From assembly GCA_007132185.1 (NCBI GenBank), contig SLPC01000081.1, forward strand, positions 1 through 60,202: a stretch of 60,202 bases of DNA, read 5' to 3'. Of this stretch, positions 17,041 to 25,638 are shown piece by piece. The stretch is from Anaerolineae bacterium. GTDB lineage: Bacteria > Chloroflexota > Anaerolineae > UBA1429. Every line of letters starts with the position of its first letter. Positions within the stretch are counted from its first letter, which is position 1. A model generated the notes under the pieces. It ran no database searches and was not told where the DNA came from. It worked only from the letters and a program-made list of their open reading frames with translations. The position numbers were made by a program, and so were the translations under genes.

Positions 17041-17988
17041 GTGCAGGAGGCTGGCGTGCCGCCCAATGAACAGGCTGAACAGAAAGATCCCTCGGGGCAT
17101 CGTGCTCACGAGTATGGCATTCTGCTGGTCGGCATCCTCTCTGTCTCCACAGCATCCATCCTGATCCGCTTGGCCGGGGCGCCCCCCCTGGTCGTAGGCG
17201 CCTGGCGTTTGCTCCTGGCCACGCTGTTCCTGGCGCCCGTGGCCTGGCCGCGCGCTCGCCGGGAGTGGCGACTGGCAGAACGAGGCGAGGTCGTCGCGCT
17301 GACAGCCTCGGGGGTAGCCCTGGCGGTCCATTTCGCCGCCTGGATCTACTCCCTCTCCCTGACCACGGTGGCCAGTTCAGTGATCTTGGTGGCTACCAAC
17401 CCGATCTTTGTGGGCTTGGCGACTCATTTCCTGCTGCGCGAACGTGTGAGCCGGCAAACTATCGTGGCCATTGTCCTCACCATCCTCGGAAGCGTCATCA
17501 TCTCTTATGGCGACCTGGCTGTCTCGGGGCGGGCGCTATTGGGCAACGCCTTGGCTCTGGTAGGTGCGGTGGCTGGCTCGGCCTATATCCTCTTGGGGCG
17601 TGTAGTTCGCCGCCGCATCTCTACCTGGGCCTATGTTTGGCCCTGCTATGGTCTGGCAGGTGTGATCCTGCTGCTGGTATGCCTGATCACACGGCAGCCA
17701 CTGCTCGGCTATCCCCCCCAGACCCTGTTGATCCTGGCGCTGCTGGCACTGGTGCCGCAAATACTGGGCCATTCGGCGTTCAACTGGGCCCTGGGGCGCT
17801 TTAGCCCCATCCTCGTAACCATCGCCCTGCTGGGCGAGCCGGTGGGCGCGACGGTGCTGGCCTTTGTCGTGCTCAGCGAGATCCCCACGCTGACAGCCTA
17901 TCTGGGTGGGCCACTGATCCTGCTGGGTATCCTGTTGGCTTCGCTGGCCGAGGCAAGGGTAAAAGCAGAGGACCCATCGTCGGGTTGA
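17041..17988 (+). CDS. EamA/DMT family transporter
   Basis: About ten predicted TM helices in two EamA-like halves. The start may be GTG 17056, which follows GGAGG. Confidence 0.8.
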   Translation: MQEAGVPPNEQAEQKDPSGHRAHEYGILLVGILSVSTASILIRLAGAPPLVVGAWRLLLATLFLAPVAWPRARREWRLAERGEVVALTASGVALAVHFAAWIYSLSLTTVASSVILVATNPIFVGLATHFLLRERVSRQTIVAIVLTILGSVIISYGDLAVSGRALLGNALALVGAVAGSAYILLGRVVRRRISTWAYVWPCYGLAGVILLLVCLITRQPLLGYPPQTLLILALLALVPQILGHSAFNWALGRFSPILVTIALLGEPVGATVLAFVVLSEIPTLTAYLGGPLILLGILLASLAEARVKAEDPSSG

Positions 17989-18105
17989 CTCTATGGCGCA
18001 TCAGGCCTATAGTAGGCGATAATCTGGCGGCATCCACAAAAGCCGCGCACACCAAGGCGGGTGGAATTTCTCCACGCGCCTTCTTTTTTCGGGAGGGAGC
18101 TTGCT

Positions 18106-19329
18106 ATGTCGGTAGACTGGTCTGGTCTGTATGCGCAACGGCTTGGCAGGATGGAGACCTCGGCCATCCGTGAGATCCTCAAGGTGGCCCAGTCACCCGA
18201 CATCATCCCCTTTGCTGGTGGCTGGCCCGAGGCCGAGCTGTTCCCCCTCGAGCAGATCAGCATGATCTGTGACGAGGTCCTCAGCGAACGGCCCCGCGAG
18301 GCGCTCCAGTATGGACTGACCGATGGCCTGCCTCTCCTGCGCGAGGCCATTGCCGGCTATATGACGGCGCGGGGCATGGCCGCCCGCGCCGAAAACATCG
18401 TGATCGTCAGCGGCTCCCAACAGTCGCTGGACCTGGTGGGACGCCTGTTCATCGATGAGGGCGACACCGTTCTGGTAGAGAGCCCTACCTTTTTAGGGGC
18501 GGCGCAAGCGTTCAACGCCTATGGCCCGCGCTACGTGACGGCGCCCATGGACGAGCAGGGCCCTTGTGTCGGTGCCATCGAGGACCTGCTGGCCCACCAC
18601 CGATGCAAATTCATGTACCTCATGCCTACCTTTCACAATCCCACCGGTGTGACCACGACCCTGGCCCGGCGCCAGCAGGTGGTGGCTCTGGCGCGCGAGG
18701 CCGGCGTCCCGATCCTGGAGGACGACCCCTACGGGCAGTTGCGCTACACTGGCGAGACCCTGCCCACCCTGGCTGCCATCGACATCGCGGCGCAAGAGGG
18801 TGACCCCGAGCGGGCCAATGTGATCTATGCGGGCACCTTTTCCAAGACCCTCGCCCCTGGGCTGCGGTTGGCTTGGGTCGTGTGCCCCAGCGAGCTGGCG
18901 GAGCAGTTGGTGATGGCCAAGCAGGGGGCCGACCTGCACAGCAACACCCTCTCGCAGATGATCGCCTACGAGTTTTTGCGGCGAGACTGGCTGGACGATC
19001 AGGTGGAGCGCATCCGCAGCACCTACAGCGCGCGTTGCGACGCCATGTGCGAGGCCATCAAGGCCCATTTCCCACCTGAGGCCCGATATGTACGCCCCGA
19101 GGGCGGCCTGTTTCTGTGGGTGACGCTGCCCGAGGGCCTGGATACCGCCGCGATGCTCGCCGATGCCGCGGCCCACAAGGTGGCTTTTGTGCCCGGCGCG
19201 CCCTTTTTCGTGGAGGGCGGTGGGCAGAACAGCTTTCGCATGACCTTTGCCAGCGTACCTGCAGACACGATCCGCAGGGGCATCCGCATCCTGGGGGATG
19301 TCATCCGGGATCATCTGGCACGCCTTTGA
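18106..19329 (+). CDS. PLP-dependent aminotransferase (class I/II, 2-aminoadipate/LysN-like)
   Basis: Motifs SGSQQSLDLVGRLF..GDTVLVESPTF and FSKTLAPGLRLAW (PLP lysine). ATG 18106 follows GGGAGGGAG. Confidence 0.85.
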   Translation: MSVDWSGLYAQRLGRMETSAIREILKVAQSPDIIPFAGGWPEAELFPLEQISMICDEVLSERPREALQYGLTDGLPLLREAIAGYMTARGMAARAENIVIVSGSQQSLDLVGRLFIDEGDTVLVESPTFLGAAQAFNAYGPRYVTAPMDEQGPCVGAIEDLLAHHRCKFMYLMPTFHNPTGVTTTLARRQQVVALAREAGVPILEDDPYGQLRYTGETLPTLAAIDIAAQEGDPERANVIYAGTFSKTLAPGLRLAWVVCPSELAEQLVMAKQGADLHSNTLSQMIAYEFLRRDWLDDQVERIRSTYSARCDAMCEAIKAHFPPEARYVRPEGGLFLWVTLPEGLDTAAMLADAAAHKVAFVPGAPFFVEGGGQNSFRMTFASVPADTIRRGIRILGDVIRDHLARL

Positions 19330-19419
19330 GGGCGGCAGAGCGCGATTATTTTGAAAAATGCCTCTCCGGGGGCATAATAAAGGTGAACAGACCGTGCTCA
19401 CAACAAGCGGAGGTGCGCC

Positions 19420-19656
19420 ATGCCGCTGTATGAATATCGCTGTCCCCATTGCGAGATTACTTTCGACAAGCTGCGCCCGTTCAGCCAGGCCGATGCGCCC
19501 ATCGCCTGCCCCGAATGCCAGGGTGAGGATGTCAAGCGATTGATCTCGGCATTTGCCAGCTTTGGCAGGGGCAGTGACGGCGCTATGCACTCTGTAGGCG
19601 GCGGGGGAGGCTGTGGAGGCTGCAGCGCCAGCTCTTGCGCCGGTTGCGGCCACTGA
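19420..19656 (+). CDS. FmdB-family zinc-ribbon protein
   Basis: MPLYEYRCPHCEITFD...CPECQGEDVKRLIS (CxxC...CxxC) with a Gly/Cys-rich tail. SD GGAGG. Confidence 0.8.
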   Translation: MPLYEYRCPHCEITFDKLRPFSQADAPIACPECQGEDVKRLISAFASFGRGSDGAMHSVGGGGGCGGCSASSCAGCGH

Positions 19657-19678
19657 TTTTCTGGCATAGCATTTCATT

Positions 19679-19720
19679 CGCCCTCCTGTAGGTCTCTTTG
19701 CAGGAGGGCGTTCCGTTTGG
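19679..19720 (+). terminator. intrinsic terminator after the zinc-ribbon gene
   Basis: 10-bp perfect stem CGCCCTCCTG / CAGGAGGGCG (19679-19688 and 19701-19710) followed by a T-rich TTCCGTTT. Confidence 0.5.
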
Positions 19721-19735
19721 GCTCTCGCCTCCCTG

Positions 19736-19744
19736 TGCTATAAT
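19736..19744 (+). promoter_or_regulatory. extended -10 promoter element (TGCTATAAT) upstream of tgt
   Basis: TGC TATAAT occupies 19736-19744. The first in-frame ATG of tgt (19751) is only 6 nt downstream. Confidence 0.5.
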
Positions 19745-19750
19745 CGCCTC

Positions 19751-20962
19751 ATGGATGATTCTCACGCGCAAACCGATAACAATACCTGCCGGCCGCCCGG
19801 CAGCTTTTCTATGATCAAAGAGGATGATGCCTCACGCGGGCGCGTCGGCGAGTTGCAGACGGCCCACGGCGTCGTACCGACGCCCGTGTTCTGCGCCGTA
19901 GGCACATTGGCCACGGTCAAGTCACTGGCGCCCCGCGATCTGGTCGAGTTGGGCGCATCCATGATCCTCTCGAATACCTATCACCTCTACCTGCGCCCAG
20001 GCGCCGATCTAATCGCCCGTCTGGGTGGGCTGCACGCCTTTATGAGCTGGGATGGCCCCATACTGACCGACAGCGGCGGCTTTCAGGTGTTCAGTCTCGA
20101 GGGCCTGCGCAACCTGGATGATGACGGCGTGACCTTTCGGTCCCATGTGGACGGCTCCGAGCATCGCTTTACCCCGGAAAAAGTGATCGAGATTCAGGAG
20201 CTATTGGGCTCGGATATCGCCATGGTGCTGGACGAATGCGCCGAGCCCAACGACCGTGCCTATAATATAGAGGCACTGCGACGCACCCATCTGTGGGCCG
20301 AGCGCTGCCATAAGGCGCACAAGCGCCCCGACCAGCTCCTGTATGGCATCGTGCAGGGCGGCATCTTTGAGGACCTGCGGCGCGAGAGCGCCCGCGTTCT
20401 GACGGACATGGATTTCCCCGGATACGCCATCGGCGGGCTCTCGGTAGGCGAGAGCAAGGCCGACATGCACCGCATTCTGGACGTGGTGACGCCGCTCTTG
20501 CCCAAGGACAAGCCGCGTTACCTGATGGGCGTCGGCTCGCCCGAGGACCTGGTCGAATGCGTGGCCCGGGGCATCGACATGTTTGACTGCGTACTCCCCA
20601 GTCGCCTGGCGCGCAATGGAGCCGTATTTACCCCCGACGGGCGCATGAACCTGCGCAACGCCCAATATCGTGAGGACCCGCGTCCTATCCAAGAGGACTG
20701 CACCTGCTATACGTGCCAGCACTTTGGCCGGGCCTATCTTCGGCATCTGATCATCGGCCGCGAGCTGCTAGCCCCGCGCCTGAACACCATCCACAACATT
20801 CACTTTTTGCTGGATCTGATGCGTCGCATGCGCCGGGCCATCCTGGAGGGCAACTTTGAGGCGCTGCGCCAAGAGTTCTTGGCGCGATACCAGATCGCCG
20901 ATGCGGCCGCACGCGAGCGCAATCGCGCGCTCTGGAACCAGAATCGGGAGTGCCGCGCCTAG
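19751..20962 (+). CDS. tgt: tRNA-guanine transglycosylase (queuine tRNA-ribosyltransferase)
   Basis: Conserved RVGELQTAHGVVPTPVF, LTDSGGFQV and a zinc site CxCxxC (CTCYTC). The start is either a leaderless ATG 19751 or the internal ATG 19811. Confidence 0.9.
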   Translation: MDDSHAQTDNNTCRPPGSFSMIKEDDASRGRVGELQTAHGVVPTPVFCAVGTLATVKSLAPRDLVELGASMILSNTYHLYLRPGADLIARLGGLHAFMSWDGPILTDSGGFQVFSLEGLRNLDDDGVTFRSHVDGSEHRFTPEKVIEIQELLGSDIAMVLDECAEPNDRAYNIEALRRTHLWAERCHKAHKRPDQLLYGIVQGGIFEDLRRESARVLTDMDFPGYAIGGLSVGESKADMHRILDVVTPLLPKDKPRYLMGVGSPEDLVECVARGIDMFDCVLPSRLARNGAVFTPDGRMNLRNAQYREDPRPIQEDCTCYTCQHFGRAYLRHLIIGRELLAPRLNTIHNIHFLLDLMRRMRRAILEGNFEALRQEFLARYQIADAAARERNRALWNQNRECRA

Positions 20963-20975
20963 TTCATACGATAGA

Positions 20976-21014
20976 ATCGAATGATTGTATCGTATGATTC
21001 TATCGTCAGATTAC
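20976..21014. repeat. three tandem 13-bp repeats (ATCGnATGATTnn) overlapping an 11-bp inverted repeat
   Basis: Units: ATCGAATGATTGT, ATCGTATGATTCT, ATCGTCAGATTAC. The inverted repeat is ACGATAGAATC (20968-20978) / GATTCTATCGT (20996-21006). Confidence 0.7.
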
Positions 21015-21034
21015 CGGGAGGGAATCATTCCGCT

Positions 21035-21844
21035 ATGAGCGTCATCGAGGCCGTTCTCTGGGGTATCTTGCAGGGAGTGACCGAGTTTGTGCCCGTCAGC
21101 AGCTCGGGTCATCTTGTACTGGTACCCTGGTTGACGGGCCGGGAACCCTCCAGCTTTACATTCGACGTGCTGGTGCACTTTGGCACCCTATTCGCCATCC
21201 TGATCTATTTCCGGCATGACCTGAGGGACCTGATCGAGGGCGGCATAGTGCTGCTGCGCACGCGTAGCATCGAGACCCCAGAGGCGCGTATGGCATGGCT
21301 CATTCTCCTGAGCCTGATACCGGCAGTGCTGGTCGTGCTCCTGTTCCGACACCTGTTCATGCAACTATTCTCTGCGCCCCCGGCTGCTGCGGCCCTGCTG
21401 CTGGTTACTGGAACAGCCATGTTCCTGGCCGAGCAGTATGCGGCCCGACGGCGAGGCATGATAGCCCTACAAGCCCGCGAGTCGGTGATCATCGGTGTGG
21501 CCCAGAGCGTGGCTCTGGCGCCAGGCATCTCCCGCTCAGGGGCCACGATCTCCACCGGACTGGTCCTGGGCTTGCGTCGCCCTGACGCCGCTCGCTTTTC
21601 CTTTCTGATGGCGATTCCCGCTATCCTGGGAGCCACCGTCCTCGAGTTCATCCAGTTGTTGAGGGGCACCATTCCCAACGAGCCGACCCCCGTCCTGGCT
21701 GCTGGTTTTGTAGCGGCTCTGATCAGCGGCTATCTGGCCATTGCCCTGCTACTGCGGCATCTGCAGAATCGCGGCCTGCGCCCCTTTGCCTACTATTGCT
21801 GGGCCATGGGGCTATTCAGCCTGCTCGTGTTCCTGGTGCGGTGA
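21035..21844 (+). CDS. uppP: undecaprenyl-diphosphate phosphatase
   Basis: MSVIEAVLWGILQGVTEFVPVSSSGHL, the BacA/UppP signature, with polytopic membrane topology. The track ORF starts at 20981, inside the repeat region. Confidence 0.9.
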   Translation: MSVIEAVLWGILQGVTEFVPVSSSGHLVLVPWLTGREPSSFTFDVLVHFGTLFAILIYFRHDLRDLIEGGIVLLRTRSIETPEARMAWLILLSLIPAVLVVLLFRHLFMQLFSAPPAAAALLLVTGTAMFLAEQYAARRRGMIALQARESVIIGVAQSVALAPGISRSGATISTGLVLGLRRPDAARFSFLMAIPAILGATVLEFIQLLRGTIPNEPTPVLAAGFVAALISGYLAIALLLRHLQNRGLRPFAYYCWAMGLFSLLVFLVR

Positions 21845-21852
21845 GGATCAAT

Positions 21853-22728
21853 ATGCAGCTGAGAGGGACATGGCGCCGACGTTTGCGGCAGGCAACGATG
21901 ATCGCGATCCTGGCGTTGTCGTTATCGGCCTGCGACGCTCTCTTTACGCCGCTGCAACCTACGCGCATATACGACAAAGACGCGCCACCCCCTCAGATGG
22001 TGCGTCTGGCGGTCGCGCCGGCGGCTCTACCCCTGGCCGAGGACCTGCGCCTCGCCTACATGGGTTATCGGCCGGGAATTACCATCGAGATCCTGTCCAT
22101 GTCCTCAGAGCAGGCCTACAGTATGGCGAATGCAGGCCAGGTGGATCTGGCCATCGTTTCTGCCGCCGACGAGCAAAGCCTGCGCCGATGGGCCCCCGCT
22201 CTTTCCTGGCAGCCGCTGGCCCAGGATGGGTTGGCCATCATCACACATCGCGACCTCTCCCTGCCGCAGATCACGAGGCGCGAACTAGGTTCTCTGTTTG
22301 CGGGCTATGTGGCCGATTGGTCGCTGCTGGACGCCGGCACGGGTGCCCCCGAATTGACGATTCAGGGGGCGGACGCGACGGCGCGTCAACTATTTGACAG
22401 CGTCATCATGGCCGAGCAAGAGGTAACGTCAGCTGCGTTGGTATTGCCCCATGACGAGGCGGTGTTGACCTATGTAGCCGAACACCCACTGGCCATCGGC
22501 TATCTCTCGGCCGCCTATCTGGAGCGCGACGAGCGGGTCAAGGTGATCGCCCTGGATCGCCTGCTGCCCACTCGCTCGCAACTGGAGCAGGATGGCTACC
22601 CGTTGAGCTATACTCTGTTCATCGCGCAGACGCCGGGCGCCCCCGATGAGGCAGCGCGGCTCCTGTCGTTTGCGATGGGGCGCGCGGGCCAAGAGGTAAT
22701 CGGACAGCGCTATGGGCTGCCCCGCTAG
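21853..22728 (+). CDS. PstS-like periplasmic substrate-binding protein
   Basis: Signal/anchor sequence followed by a PBP-like domain (LAIGYLSAAYL...). ATG 21853 follows the uppP stop at 21844. Confidence 0.65.
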   Translation: MQLRGTWRRRLRQATMIAILALSLSACDALFTPLQPTRIYDKDAPPPQMVRLAVAPAALPLAEDLRLAYMGYRPGITIEILSMSSEQAYSMANAGQVDLAIVSAADEQSLRRWAPALSWQPLAQDGLAIITHRDLSLPQITRRELGSLFAGYVADWSLLDAGTGAPELTIQGADATARQLFDSVIMAEQEVTSAALVLPHDEAVLTYVAEHPLAIGYLSAAYLERDERVKVIALDRLLPTRSQLEQDGYPLSYTLFIAQTPGAPDEAARLLSFAMGRAGQEVIGQRYGLPR

Positions 22729-22739
22729 CGGGGCTCTGG

Positions 22740-23366
22740 CTAGACGCGCACAAAGGGATTGCGGCCCTTTTCCCAGCCGATGGTGGTCTTGGGCCCATGT
22801 CCCGAATATACCTCCGTCTCATCGTCGAGGGTGTACAGCCTCTCCCGGATGCTGGCCGCCAGGGTGTTCATATCGCCGCCCGGGAAATCGGTGCGACCGA
22901 TCCCCTCCCGAAACAGGGTATCCCCCGAAAAGACGACCTTTTCCGAGGCAATATAGAGTGAGATACCGCCAGGCGAGTGGCCGGGCGTGTGTAAAACCTC
23001 TATCTCCAGGTCGCCGACGGTGAGATGTTCGCCATCTGTTAGCAGGCGGTCGGCCTGCAGCGTGGGTATGTCGGGCTGGAAGTAACGAAACAGCGCCGGC
23101 GGCTCCTGCAGCAGGTCTGCTTCTTGCATATGAATGGCCAGTTCGGCGCCGGTGCTCTCTTGCAGTGGTCCGACCGCCTGGATATGATCAAAGTGATAGT
23201 GGGTGAGCACGATCAGGTCGATCTGGAGGTCCGCCTCGTCGATGGCGCGCTGGATCAGGGTCGCATCGGCGCCCGGGTCTATGACGATTCCCTGTCGCGT
23301 GCGCTCGCAGCCCACGACATAGCAGTTACTCGCCAGTTGGCCGACCTGAAGCGTACGTAGGATCAT
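22740..23366 (-). CDS. MBL-fold metallo-hydrolase (glyoxalase II-like)
   Basis: HxHxDH motif (LTHYHFDHI), a downstream HTPGHSPG, and 208 aa length. Confidence 0.85.
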   Translation of the reverse strand: MILRTLQVGQLASNCYVVGCERTRQGIVIDPGADATLIQRAIDEADLQIDLIVLTHYHFDHIQAVGPLQESTGAELAIHMQEADLLQEPPALFRYFQPDIPTLQADRLLTDGEHLTVGDLEIEVLHTPGHSPGGISLYIASEKVVFSGDTLFREGIGRTDFPGGDMNTLAASIRERLYTLDDETEVYSGHGPKTTIGWEKGRNPFVRV

Positions 23367-23544
23367 CGTGCCTCTATCTCCTTGTTGATGCAGGCTGCAT
23401 TTTGGCTGATGATAGAGGGCGACGCAGGGGGCGTCAAACGCCTGCCGCGAGTGTGCTGACGCCAGGCGCGATCAGCGCCACAGGGCGGGCAGCGTCATCC
23501 GATGTCCCTCTTAGCGGCTGAATCCAATTCGATGGGAGAGTATC

Positions 23545-25290
23545 ATGCGTCTTTCGCACCTGTTCGGGCACACCTTGCGCGAAAACCCGGCCGAGGCCGA
23601 ACTGCCCAGCCACCGGCTGGCACTGCGTGCGGGGCTGATTCGCCCCCTCGCCCAAGGCATCTATGCGCTGTTGCCCACCGGATGGCGCGTGGTGCGGCGC
23701 ATCGAGACCATCATCCGTCAGGAGATGGATGCTATCGGCGGCCAGGAGATGCTCATGCCCATGGTACAGCCTGCCGAGCTCTGGCAGGCCACGGGGCGTT
23801 ATCAGGCGCCCTCCCCCGGGACCGCCCTGGCCCGCTTTCAGGATCGCGCCGGCAGGCCGCTGGTCCTGGGAATGACCCACGAAGAGGTGGCCACCGAGCT
23901 GGCCCGGCAAGAGATCCGCTCCTATCGCCAGCTCCCATGCCTCATCTACCAGATCCAGATCAAGTTCCGTGACGAGCCCCGGGCCCGGGGTGGGCTGATC
24001 CGCGTGCGCGAGTTTATCATGAAAGACGCCTACAGTCTGGACGCCACCCCCGAGGACATGGCAGGGGCCTATGGGTATATCTATGCCGCCTATGAGCGCA
24101 TATTCGAGCGCTGTGGCCTGGAGGTATTGCCGGTAGAGGCCGCTTCGGGCATGATGGGGGGCCAGGTCTCGCACGAGTTCATGTTCCTCAACGAGCATGG
24201 CGAAGATACCCTCTTGCGATGCGATGCCTGTGGGCTGGCGGCCAACGCCGAGGGCGCCCGCATCGGGTTGGGGCCCGACCGGCGCGAGGTAGAGCTCCCG
24301 CTGGAAGAGGTCGCCACCCCAGGCCATGAGACCATCGAGGATGTGGCCCGCTTCTTGCAGGTGGACAGGGCGCAGACCCTCAAGGCCGTCTTTTTCGTGC
24401 GTGCCGAGCCGGGCGAGAACGAATCGGGACCCGACGACACGGGCCTCGTGTTTGCCGTGATCCGGGGCGACCTGGAGGTCAATGTCGACAAGCTCTCGGC
24501 GGCGCTGGGCGGCACCGCATTAGAGCCCGCCGCAGATCCTGTGCTGCGCGCGGCAGGCCTGACGCCGGGCTATGCCTCGCCGGTGGGCATACGCGATATT
24601 ACCGTCATCGCCGATGAATCGGTGCTGGCGGGGAGCAACTATGTGGCCGGAGCCAACGTCGAGGGCTATCACCTGCGCAACGTCAATGTGCCCCGAGATT
24701 TCCAACCCGACCTGGTGGCCGATATCGCTCTGGCGCGGCAGGGTGACCCCTGTCCCCGCTGTGGCGCTTCCCTGGGGACCTCACGCGCCATCGAGGTGGG
24801 GCATATCTTTCAGCTTGGCACCCGCTACGCCGAGGCCCTGGGCGCCACCTACCTCAACGAAGAGGGCCGGGCCACGCCCCTCTGGATGGGCAGCTATGGC
24901 ATCGGTGTAGGCCGTCTGATGGCATGCATCATGGAGCAACACCACGACGACCATGGCCTGATGTGGCCGCCGGCTGTAGCGCCTTATGACGTGCACCTGG
25001 TCTCGCTGGCGCGCCCAGACACACCGGTAGAGCAGGCCGCCGAGGCGCTCTATGCCGACCTACAGAGCTCGGGACTGGCCGTGTTGTATGATGACCGTCC
25101 CGAGCGGGCCGGCGTCAAGTTCAACGATGCGGACCTGATTGGGGCGCCCGTGCGTCTGACGCTGAGTCCTCGCACCCATGTCGAGGGAGAGGTCGAGTTC
25201 AAGTTGCGCACCGCCCCCGATGCCGCCCGTGTGCCACTGGCGCCGCTGGATCCCCTGTTGGGGCGGATACGCAAAGCGACGGGTAACTAG
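23545..25290 (+). CDS. proS: proline--tRNA ligase (bacterial type with editing domain)
   Basis: MRLSHLFGHTLRENPAEAELPSHRLALRAGLIRPLAQGIYALLP plus class II motifs. 581 aa. Confidence 0.95.
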   Translation: MRLSHLFGHTLRENPAEAELPSHRLALRAGLIRPLAQGIYALLPTGWRVVRRIETIIRQEMDAIGGQEMLMPMVQPAELWQATGRYQAPSPGTALARFQDRAGRPLVLGMTHEEVATELARQEIRSYRQLPCLIYQIQIKFRDEPRARGGLIRVREFIMKDAYSLDATPEDMAGAYGYIYAAYERIFERCGLEVLPVEAASGMMGGQVSHEFMFLNEHGEDTLLRCDACGLAANAEGARIGLGPDRREVELPLEEVATPGHETIEDVARFLQVDRAQTLKAVFFVRAEPGENESGPDDTGLVFAVIRGDLEVNVDKLSAALGGTALEPAADPVLRAAGLTPGYASPVGIRDITVIADESVLAGSNYVAGANVEGYHLRNVNVPRDFQPDLVADIALARQGDPCPRCGASLGTSRAIEVGHIFQLGTRYAEALGATYLNEEGRATPLWMGSYGIGVGRLMACIMEQHHDDHGLMWPPAVAPYDVHLVSLARPDTPVEQAAEALYADLQSSGLAVLYDDRPERAGVKFNDADLIGAPVRLTLSPRTHVEGEVEFKLRTAPDAARVPLAPLDPLLGRIRKATGN

Positions 25291-25312
25291 CACAGCACGG
25301 TTGTATCGTTTC

Positions 25313-25341
25313 TTGCTAGACGTCTGTCGCCATGCTATAAT
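25313..25341 (+). promoter_or_regulatory. putative promoter of secG (extended -10)
   Basis: TTGCTA (25313-25318), 17-nt spacer, TGC TATAAT (25333-25341). Confidence 0.5.
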
Positions 25342-25389
25342 GGCGTCCAGTTGGCTCATCTGATTCTTGTATGCCAGGGAGTAGATACC

Positions 25390-25608
25390 TTGTCACCATA
25401 TCTGAATATTGTACAGATCATTGTGTCGATTGCCTTGATCGCCATCATCCTGTTGCAGGGTAAAAAGGGCGGTCTGGGAGGCCTGGTGGGGGGCGATAGC
25501 GGCGTCTATCGTACGCGCCGGGGCATCGAAAAGACCCTTCACAATCTCACGATCATCCTGACAGTGACCTTTTTCGTCACGTCGCTCCTCAACGTACTCG
25601 TCAACTAG
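25390..25608 (+). CDS. secG: preprotein translocase subunit SecG
   Basis: NIVQIIVSIALIAIILLQGKKGGLGG, the typical SecG core. TTG 25390 lies 8 nt after GGGAG. The track ORF begins at TTG 25351. Confidence 0.8.
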   Translation: MSPYLNIVQIIVSIALIAIILLQGKKGGLGGLVGGDSGVYRTRRGIEKTLHNLTIILTVTFFVTSLLNVLVN

Positions 25609-25638
25609 GCTGCGCACTCGCTGGGAGAACATACTCTC

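Noticed and set aside
18493-19677. 394-aa minus ORF antisense to the aminotransferase and the zinc-ribbon gene
   Set aside because: It is a shadow ORF with low-complexity Ala/Gly/Arg/His content. The + strand frames have clear family signatures and SD sites.
23367-23544. Possible T-box or other leader upstream of proS
   Set aside because: There is no GGUGGUACCGCG-like T-box sequence, no terminator with a U tract, and no specifier-loop motifs on the + strand.
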